From: a virus
IMG/VR virus record: IMGVR_UViG_3300042383_000546
Coordinates: 1 to 64,000 of that record
Reading direction: 5' to 3' (one strand)
Length of the DNA: 64,000 bases
This document shows, piece by piece, positions 56,670-64,000 of this stretch; the stretch's first letter is position 1; each line of letters starts with the position of its first letter. The notes below the pieces were generated by a model that did no database searches, was not told where the DNA came from, and saw only the letters and a program-made list of their open reading frames with translations. Position numbers and translations under genes: made by a program.

Positions 56670-59600
56670 TATTTTTTCTTTTTAGCCATTTTCTCTTTTA
56701 ACTGAGCCATCCTAGAGCCAACGATTCTTTGAGCTGATTCTTTAGCCTCTGCCTTTGAGTAACTCTTACCATAGTCCTTTTGAACTTGAGGTGCTACTTT
56801 TTTACGCTTTAGTAAAGACTCCTGAACAGATTTTACTTTGTCAGCAAATTTTACTTTGCCACCTGAAGACATTTTTTCATTAACATACCAATCATATTCT
56901 ATTTGTGGTTTTACATCTAATCCCTTTTCATCTTTTAGTATAAAAGTTGCTCCTTTTTGATATTTTGACATTCTAATTATTGATTCCCATTCTTTGTCAG
57001 TTATTTTACTTCTTGGAACTCCTAATATAGTTATATCTTCTCTTGTAATTTCACCACCTTTAGCCATGTAGCCACCATCTTTGTAAAAATTCCCTGTTTT
57101 AATATTTTCAAAGTTTTTCTCTAAAGACTTTTTAGCTAGTTCTAGTGAAGAATAGCTACCTGCATATAGTCTATGATTTGAGTCATATACATTTCCGTCA
57201 TCTTTGTGATAAAAGAATTTTCTACCCTCAACTTCAAAAGGCTGACCACCTTTTCTTGTCATACCACCTTTTGCCATTTTGGATTCAAAATTGTCCATAA
57301 TCATTTTCAAAGTATCTCTCTTACCGCTATAGTTTCTTGGCATTCTAGCGTGTATACCATTAATCTTAAATATTTGTACATCAACTTCTTTAGTACCTAC
57401 AAACATTTTTAATTGTACGTCTTTACCATCAACTTCTTCACTAATAAAATGCCACTTATTTGGCTCTTTCATGGCATCTTTCACCTTTTTTTCAAATGAG
57501 TCAGTTACTCCACCATCAGCCATTTGTTTTTTACCTAAAATTTGAGATAATTTTTCTTCTACTCTTTCCCTTACAACACTATCATGTACTCCTAAAACTT
57601 CATAAGGGTTATTACCTTGACCCGTTAGAGCCCAAAATCCTCTGAATGTCATTGTATCATTTATTTCTTTACCTAAATCATCGGTTGGATAATTTTTAAT
57701 ATACCAATCTTTAATTTTCATACCACTTCTAGCACCTTTAGGCATTACTCCACCTTTAGCCATTTTGTAATCAACTTTGACCCAATCTTTATTTGCTACT
57801 TTACCTTCTGCACCATACATTCCTTCAAAGAACTCTTTATCATTATCATCGTATTTGAAATATACTTTTCTAAACTTTCCATCATCAATTTTAGTTATTT
57901 TCAATTTCCCAAAACCTTTACGTTCATAAACATCACCTACTTTTACTTCACCACCTTTAGCCATGTAGCCACCTTTCTCTAACATTGGTTCTATTTGCTT
58001 AGGATAATTGTTTTCAGGATAACTTTTTACTAATCTTGCATAACCATCTATTTCTTCTTTAAGTTGCTCTTTAGTGCCATTATCCCCTTCAGAACCAACT
58101 TTTCTTAAATTTTCAGTTGGTTGCATACCATCCGTATCTAATCTTACTTCATATTTATCTGAAAGGTAACCATCGTATATACCAATAATAGTACCATATC
58201 TCTCATTATCAACATCCCAAACAATTTCCCCTAATTTAAAATCATCAGAAGTTTGTTTTGAGTAATCTAATGAACCACCTTTTAATGCTGAATTTTTAAC
58301 ATAAACACCATCTAAAATATCTGAGCCTTTTAGCTTCAATGATTTATTATTCAGAGTTACCATTAACTCTTTAATATCTTCGTTTGGTATATATGTACTT
58401 GGAACTTTACCACCTTTAGCCATTTTACCTTCTGCTCTAAATTTTTCTAATAATGTATCAGGTAAAGGATTATCTAAATAATCAATATATCCTTTTGCAG
58501 ATTCTATTTGCTTTTCTTTAGACATACCCATAGATTTTTCTCCTGTTGGTTTACTTTCGTCTAAATCAATAATAAATCTAGTTCCTCTATTTGGGTTTAA
58601 AACCTCAATTACACCATTGTTGTTATTCTCTACAATACCATAACCTTTATAAATTTCTAAAATGGTATCTCCTATTTGAAAACCATGAATAAGCATACCT
58701 CCTAATTCCATTTCACCACCATCTTCAAAGAAACCGAATAGTTTAGTTTCTTTTGGTTTGCCACCTTCAAAATCTTCCAAATCTTTGTATACTGACTTCT
58801 GACCATCAGTAAATAGGAATTTACCTTTGTTTTCGCCTGAGTCTATTTTACCTATGAACTTGAACTCTTCACCGCTTTTGTCTCTATACCAACGTCCTGC
58901 AGTCATGCCACCTAAAGCATATAAACCACCTTTTTCAGCTTTTTCCATTCTTACAGCTATTTCTTTAAGGTGCTGAGGTACGAAAGAGAATAAGTTAATT
59001 GACATTTCAGCTCTATAATTGTAAATAGACGCACTCATAATGTCACTAACAGCTTCATAGAAGTTAGCGTCATCTGTGCCTGAATTTTCTACTACTTGTT
59101 TCTCGATTCCGAATAAACCATCTACATATTTAGCACATCTTGCTAAACTCTCTTTTTCACTTTCTTTTGCGTTCTGCATGATTTCCATAGCAGATTCAAA
59201 CTCTTTTACTGCAGTTCCGCAGATGTCAAAGTTTTCTGTTTGGTAACCGAATACGTCAATATTCTTTCCTGAACCGAAGTGTGCAGGTACTTTACCCCCT
59301 TTAGCCATTTTAGGCTTCAATTTGCCTTGTTCTACATAAGCATCAAATGAATTTTTAGATATACATTTTAAAATTGAATCATCTTTTTTGTAAAATAAGC
59401 AAACCTCATCATCTATACCTAATGATGAGTCTTTAATATAAACTTCCTCTTCACCCATCATATAGGAATTTCCTACTTGACCACCATCAGCCATTCTATA
59501 TCCTTTACCTGATTTAGCAAAATCAACGATTTCTTTTGCGTATTGATTGTCTTTATTTCCTGATACTGCTGTTGCAAAGTCAGATGCAGTTATCATTCGT

Positions 59601-62600
59601 CTACCAAGTCCTTGCATAATATTTGACAAATCTGATTCTGTTAAGTTGTTTTCGTCTGAAAATCTTTCGACTCCTGACTTTCCTACACCTGTCATGGATG
59701 AAATCTGTTCTATAGTCAAATCTTTAATACTTTTCATAGTTTTTGTTTTTCCACCATAAGCCATGTAGCCACCTTTCTCATAACGAACATTACTCAATAA
59801 ATTGTATGCTATTTGTAAATCTTCATCAGCATAATTTGTTCCTGATTTTTCTTTAATTCTACGAGAAAAGTCTTCAAAGGAATTACCTGTTGCGTAAATA
59901 TCATTCTCATAAGCAAAGTCTGCAATTTTTTCTGAATCACTTAATTCAATAGATTTTTTGATGTTGTCAGCTAAACGATGGTAACCCTCCATTCTTAACA
60001 AGTACTCGAAAGCTCCTGCTATTCCATTACCATCCCAACCTGAATTTTGAGAAACTTTTACTGCAAAATCTCTAGTCTTTGCATCACCATGCCAATATTT
60101 AGAGTCGTATTTCTCGTTGATAGCATCAAACTTTACTTTAAATTCAGGGTCGCTTGGACTTGGATAATCAGGTTTAACCGCAATTTCAGGTTTTTTTTCC
60201 AATATGCTAACTAGCTTTCTTGCTGCATCGTGATAATTGGCATCAGTAAAGGCATCTACGGCAGCTTGAGCCATAATTAATTCATAATCTGCACCTAATT
60301 TTTTAGGGGTTAAACCCTTTTGTGAAGCCATTTTTCTGACTGCCAAATTTAATTCACCACCTTCAGCATAATTCATATTATTATTTTTTAATTCGTTTTC
60401 AGATTTAATATTTCCACCATAAGCCATTTTTTTGAAAGGATTGCCCTTTGGAAGAGCTTTATCTCTTAATCTTTTTAATCTAATATCGTGAAGTTTTTTA
60501 GCTAATTTATTCAATGATTCAATTTCATATGATAAATACTCTATATGACCTGAATCTTGACTTTTTTCATCTAATAGTTTTTTTAGTTCTGATTGATATT
60601 CGTCTCTCTTTTTGATTGCACTATTCATATCTTTTTCAATCTGCAAATCTATATCTTCATCAGTTTTACCCCCATCAGCCATTTTTTTATAACTTTCAAC
60701 ATCATACACAATTTCCAAGTCTTTCTTTTCTACTCTTACTATTGGAGGGTAAGCCCATTTTTTGTCTTCATTCAGAACTCGAATATCTATTTGTTCATCA
60801 TCAGAAAATTTTTCAATATCTTCTTGAATAACAACATATAATTGATTTGGGTCTTCATCGGGAAGTGGGTTTTTAATGATTACAATATCACCTATTTTTA
60901 ATTTACCACCTTTAGCAAATCTTAATACTTCTTTATCATTTGCATTTGAACCTCCAAAAGATGTTGTTAAGTTGGTTTTTATTCCATCTTCCCATAATAT
61001 CTCTTGACCTTTAATAGTTCCATGATAATATTCACCATTACCTAAATTCATTCTAATTTTATCCCCATTGGTAAGGTCTTTGTATTTAGTACCATAACCT
61101 ATGTTTCTTCTTAAAATCCAATTACCTTTTGTTGAACCACCTTTAGCAAATTCATCAGCATTTTCCAAAATGGAAGTATCTAAATGCTTAATAGCCTCAC
61201 TAAACCCACCTTTATATTCGTGTTGTTTAATACCTTGTAAAGTGAAAGTATCTAATATATCTTGTTTTAATGGCTCTAAAGACTTACTAATCTTTTTTAC
61301 TTCATACTGAAATGGCTCTTTTCCAAAACCAAAGGTAATTGAAGCTGTTGCACCATCTTGCTTGTATGTGTAATCATAAGAGTCTTTATCGGACAATGTT
61401 AGTTTTACTGTCCTTTTTGTTTTTCCACCTTTTTCCATATATTGTTTATCTATATTAGACAATTTTATTAATAGTGTTGCGTAACTTTTGCCACAATCAA
61501 TGTAAGTGAATTTGCCTTCCTCTTTCTCAATAACAATTGATAAGTCACCCTCTAAACCTACTTGAATATTAACTTTTTCAGATAAGTCTATTTGTGCATC
61601 AGTATCGTAATCAGCCTCATGCAATTTGACAACCTTATATCCCAAACTTTCTAAAGAATTGGCTATCTTTTTGGCTTTATCATTTGCAAAGTCTATATCT
61701 TGTTCCATGTCATCATAAATGTCCCCACCATCAGCCATTTTATCTGCTGAATAAGAGTTGTATAATTCTACAAAGTAAGGTTTAGGATATTTTTTATATG
61801 CTTTGTTGTAAGCGGAATCACGAGCTGTAGCTCTTACCTTAAATTCTTTCTTTTCTATAATTTTATCGTCCTCATCTCTTAGTATAGCCTTAAACTCATA
61901 TATCATAGGAGCTTTTTTAACAGCTCCACCTTTAGCCATAGTTTCGTTAGGTGCAGATACTAATTTCCAATTTTCCCAAACATATCCATAAGGTTTAACC
62001 CAACCATAGTCTTTTTTGTAAAAGCTGTCTTTACCGTCAAAGAACGCATCTACTTTGTCTTTGCTATGAATTAAATCTTTTAACTCTTTATACTTTGATT
62101 TATCAACAATGTTAATCATAGAATAAATAGGCATATCCTTTGCTTGTTTGATTTTGAAGCCTTTTTCTCCTAATTTCTTTTGGCTTTCTACATACTCTTT
62201 AGCATCACTTTCATTATCGTACATTTCAACAACACGAGGTACTGACTTACCATTATTGAACCTAGTAAAGAAAACCACATATTTTTTGCTTACCTCACCA
62301 CCTTTAGCATATTTATTGTTTTCCCACTTGCTCCAATCAACTGCATTGATTAAATCTTGCAGACTTTCAAACCATTGTGTATCGTATGCACTACCCTCTA
62401 ATTTAACGGCTTCAGTTTTTCTGCTTTTAACAAATCTTTGAACAGCTATGGATTTTCTTCCCTCGTCAGTTGGCTCAAGCACCTCTTTGAATATAATAAT
62501 ATTTCCTTTTTTCTTTAAGATAGCCTCTTTCTTTGCGTCTGTTAAAATTCCACCATCAGCTAAATAAGGCTTTTTAGACGTTTGTTTATCTGTACGATTG

Positions 62601-62950
62601 GCTCTCATTTCATAGTAAACTTTACCTGTTTTTGAAATACGCTTTCCTGCAGGTAAGGACTTCCTATCACCATCTCTAGCAATATTATCCTTCTTTCTTT
62701 CCTCTTTTGCAGGGGCTTTAGCAGGTGTTTTTTTAGCCACAGACTTTTTAGCAGCCTTAATTTTTTCAGCTACTTTAGATACTTTTTTAGTTTTTACGGC
62801 TTTTTTTTCAGCAGCCTCCATTTCCTCTAATTCTTTTTCAAGTTTAGATTTTTGTGCCTTCAATGGAGCTATCAAATTAGAAGGGGTAGCCTTACTTTTT
62901 ATGCCGTTTTCTAATTTATCTATTTTAGCTTTAAGTTCCTGCTTTGTCAT
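56669..62950 (-). CDS. 2093-aa modular protein (putative polyprotein) punctuated by [MFY][AE]xGG motifs
   Basis: 27 motif copies counted by eye, separating unrelated segments; basic N- and C-termini. Confidence 0.85.
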   Translation of the reverse strand: MTKQELKAKIDKLENGIKSKATPSNLIAPLKAQKSKLEKELEEMEAAEKKAVKTKKVSKVAEKIKAAKKSVAKKTPAKAPAKEERKKDNIARDGDRKSLPAGKRISKTGKVYYEMRANRTDKQTSKKPYLADGGILTDAKKEAILKKKGNIIIFKEVLEPTDEGRKSIAVQRFVKSRKTEAVKLEGSAYDTQWFESLQDLINAVDWSKWENNKYAKGGEVSKKYVVFFTRFNNGKSVPRVVEMYDNESDAKEYVESQKKLGEKGFKIKQAKDMPIYSMINIVDKSKYKELKDLIHSKDKVDAFFDGKDSFYKKDYGWVKPYGYVWENWKLVSAPNETMAKGGAVKKAPMIYEFKAILRDEDDKIIEKKEFKVRATARDSAYNKAYKKYPKPYFVELYNSYSADKMADGGDIYDDMEQDIDFANDKAKKIANSLESLGYKVVKLHEADYDTDAQIDLSEKVNIQVGLEGDLSIVIEKEEGKFTYIDCGKSYATLLIKLSNIDKQYMEKGGKTKRTVKLTLSDKDSYDYTYKQDGATASITFGFGKEPFQYEVKKISKSLEPLKQDILDTFTLQGIKQHEYKGGFSEAIKHLDTSILENADEFAKGGSTKGNWILRRNIGYGTKYKDLTNGDKIRMNLGNGEYYHGTIKGQEILWEDGIKTNLTTSFGGSNANDKEVLRFAKGGKLKIGDIVIIKNPLPDEDPNQLYVVIQEDIEKFSDDEQIDIRVLNEDKKWAYPPIVRVEKKDLEIVYDVESYKKMADGGKTDEDIDLQIEKDMNSAIKKRDEYQSELKKLLDEKSQDSGHIEYLSYEIESLNKLAKKLHDIRLKRLRDKALPKGNPFKKMAYGGNIKSENELKNNNMNYAEGGELNLAVRKMASQKGLTPKKLGADYELIMAQAAVDAFTDANYHDAARKLVSILEKKPEIAVKPDYPSPSDPEFKVKFDAINEKYDSKYWHGDAKTRDFAVKVSQNSGWDGNGIAGAFEYLLRMEGYHRLADNIKKSIELSDSEKIADFAYENDIYATGNSFEDFSRRIKEKSGTNYADEDLQIAYNLLSNVRYEKGGYMAYGGKTKTMKSIKDLTIEQISSMTGVGKSGVERFSDENNLTESDLSNIMQGLGRRMITASDFATAVSGNKDNQYAKEIVDFAKSGKGYRMADGGQVGNSYMMGEEEVYIKDSSLGIDDEVCLFYKKDDSILKCISKNSFDAYVEQGKLKPKMAKGGKVPAHFGSGKNIDVFGYQTENFDICGTAVKEFESAMEIMQNAKESEKESLARCAKYVDGLFGIEKQVVENSGTDDANFYEAVSDIMSASIYNYRAEMSINLFSFVPQHLKEIAVRMEKAEKGGLYALGGMTAGRWYRDKSGEEFKFIGKIDSGENKGKFLFTDGQKSVYKDLEDFEGGKPKETKLFGFFEDGGEMELGGMLIHGFQIGDTILEIYKGYGIVENNNNGVIEVLNPNRGTRFIIDLDESKPTGEKSMGMSKEKQIESAKGYIDYLDNPLPDTLLEKFRAEGKMAKGGKVPSTYIPNEDIKELMVTLNNKSLKLKGSDILDGVYVKNSALKGGSLDYSKQTSDDFKLGEIVWDVDNERYGTIIGIYDGYLSDKYEVRLDTDGMQPTENLRKVGSEGDNGTKEQLKEEIDGYARLVKSYPENNYPKQIEPMLEKGGYMAKGGEVKVGDVYERKGFGKLKITKIDDGKFRKVYFKYDDNDKEFFEGMYGAEGKVANKDWVKVDYKMAKGGVMPKGARSGMKIKDWYIKNYPTDDLGKEINDTMTFRGFWALTGQGNNPYEVLGVHDSVVRERVEEKLSQILGKKQMADGGVTDSFEKKVKDAMKEPNKWHFISEEVDGKDVQLKMFVGTKEVDVQIFKINGIHARMPRNYSGKRDTLKMIMDNFESKMAKGGMTRKGGQPFEVEGRKFFYHKDDGNVYDSNHRLYAGSYSSLELAKKSLEKNFENIKTGNFYKDGGYMAKGGEITREDITILGVPRSKITDKEWESIIRMSKYQKGATFILKDEKGLDVKPQIEYDWYVNEKMSSGGKVKFADKVKSVQESLLKRKKVAPQVQKDYGKSYSKAEAKESAQRIVGSRMAQLKEKMAKKKK

Positions 62951-62987
62951 TGTGGGTAAAATTTGTATGTAAATTTAGTAATATTTC

Positions 62988-64000
62988 TTATACCAATAAC
63001 TTTAATGCCTCTAAAGTATCTTCAGCGTCCTTATCACCCGTTTCAGCTAATATTTCTAAAGCAGCTATTGTTTCTAAGATTTCCTCTCTTGTAGCTTCAG
63101 CTTCAGGTTCGGGTTCTATGTCTTCAGGCTCAGGGACAACAACAGTAGGTGGAGGCTCTTGGGCTATCGGAACTACTGCCTTTTGCTCTTCTAGTTTGGT
63201 TTCCATTTCGTCTACAGAAGGCTCTACAACCTGAGCTACCAATTCGTCATTTTTAACGAAATCTACAACCTTTTCTCCACCTTTCTTTTTGTCCACAACC
63301 ATACCTAGACCTGTTTCCCCGCTTTTTCCTTTGTAGTCTATGTATTGGTCTTCTCTAATATCTGAAGGTGGAACGAAGTCACCTATTCCGTATTTACGCT
63401 TTGCAACCTCAACGATTTTTTCCATAAAAGTGCCAATGTATTCTAGCTCCTTTCCTGCAGGATAAGGTCTTTGGTAGCCTTCGGCAATAATATCTTCCAT
63501 AGGAATATCAGCCACTAAGTAGTTACTAACTCTGTCTGCATCAAATAACTTTTTTAGAATCCATGTTTCCCAAGAACGAGCAAACAGCTCCACAGCACTT
63601 GTCCAATATTTAGTTCTACGAACACCGCCAATTATGTATCTTTTATACTTAACTGTAGGGTCTAAATAGACATATTGAAAGTAGGAATAGGCTGTTTTAT
63701 GGTATAAATAGCTAGTTTTTAGCTTCATTGGTATTTCATAGCTTTCAAGTCCGAACTGCTTGATTATGTAGCCAAATACCTTTACTTGTCTAGGAAGTTG
63801 TGCTTCTTCTACTACTGCAAAATCGTCTAAATCAAGCTCATTAATAGTCTCTTCAATTGTTGCTTTGATTTCTATTGATTTAGATACCCACCTTCTTTGT
63901 TGAGCATTCCAAACGCTGTAAGTAGGCACTTCTTCAACTTCCTCAGCCTTAAATTTCATAGGAACTCTAGGAGTATATAAGTCATTACCCTTATAAATAA
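62988..64000 (-). CDS. large polyvalent protein, LPD1-like domain (5' end beyond the window)
   Basis: YWTSAVELFARSWETWI...PYPAGKEL; frame stays open to the window edge. Confidence 0.7.
   Translation of the reverse strand, partial: IYKGNDLYTPRVPMKFKAEEVEEVPTYSVWNAQQRRWVSKSIEIKATIEETINELDLDDFAVVEEAQLPRQVKVFGYIIKQFGLESYEIPMKLKTSYLYHKTAYSYFQYVYLDPTVKYKRYIIGGVRRTKYWTSAVELFARSWETWILKKLFDADRVSNYLVADIPMEDIIAEGYQRPYPAGKELEYIGTFMEKIVEVAKRKYGIGDFVPPSDIREDQYIDYKGKSGETGLGMVVDKKKGGEKVVDFVKNDELVAQVVEPSVDEMETKLEEQKAVVPIAQEPPPTVVVPEPEDIEPEPEAEATREEILETIAALEILAETGDKDAEDTLEALKLLV

Noticed and set aside
56859-62566. Repeat-spacer pattern read as a CRISPR array
   Set aside because: The repeats are short, degenerate and in frame, and the spacers are mostly 150-600 bp of coding sequence; there is no cas operon.
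56669-62950. MAKGG motifs as internal translation starts
   Set aside because: Many copies begin with F, Y or L rather than M, which favours a peptide-level motif. Not fully excluded for the AAA-ATG copies.
1-64000. tRNA, rRNA, integrase, reverse transcriptase/DGR, or a recoded genetic code
   Set aside because: I recognised none by eye, and long ORFs tile the window under the standard code. A covariance-model scan was not possible.

Overview
This AT-rich, densely coding 64 kb window is a fragment of a bacterial virus genome. It uses the standard code, most genes lie on the minus strand, and there are no Shine-Dalgarno motifs. A-rich/ACC leaders and TAAATTTAC-type promoter motifs suggest a Bacteroidota host (inference). 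Layout from left to right: (1) two membrane-anchored cell-envelope enzymes; (2) an early/recombination block with RecT, a Cas4/RecB-type exonuclease and a stand-alone 251-aa family-B-polymerase-like palm; (3) a ~17 kb glycosylation/sulfation island (GT2, GT4, GT9, an Aah/TibC-like protein O-heptosyltransferase, an HPAT/SGT-like GT, APS kinase, sulfotransferase), interleaved with Thr- and Ser/Gly-rich surface proteins; (4) a 2813-aa fibre with a C-terminal S74 chaperone; (5) a long morphogenesis block with an A32/P9-like FtsK-HerA packaging ATPase, a beta-rich candidate jelly-roll capsid protein, an HExxH protease and many of the ~30 small single-anchor membrane proteins found across the window; (6) a lysis cassette with a GH19 lysin, holin/spanin-like genes and a PAS-domain membrane protein; (7) a 2093-aa protein cut into about 22 unrelated modules by 27 copies of a [MFY]-[AE]-x-G-G motif; (8) a truncated LPD1-type polyvalent protein. 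I recognised no terminase, portal, HK97 capsid or tail-tube genes. The best hypothesis is an unusually large tailless, internal-membrane virus with a GG-delimited polyprotein cargo. All calls come from reading motifs by eye; no searches were run.
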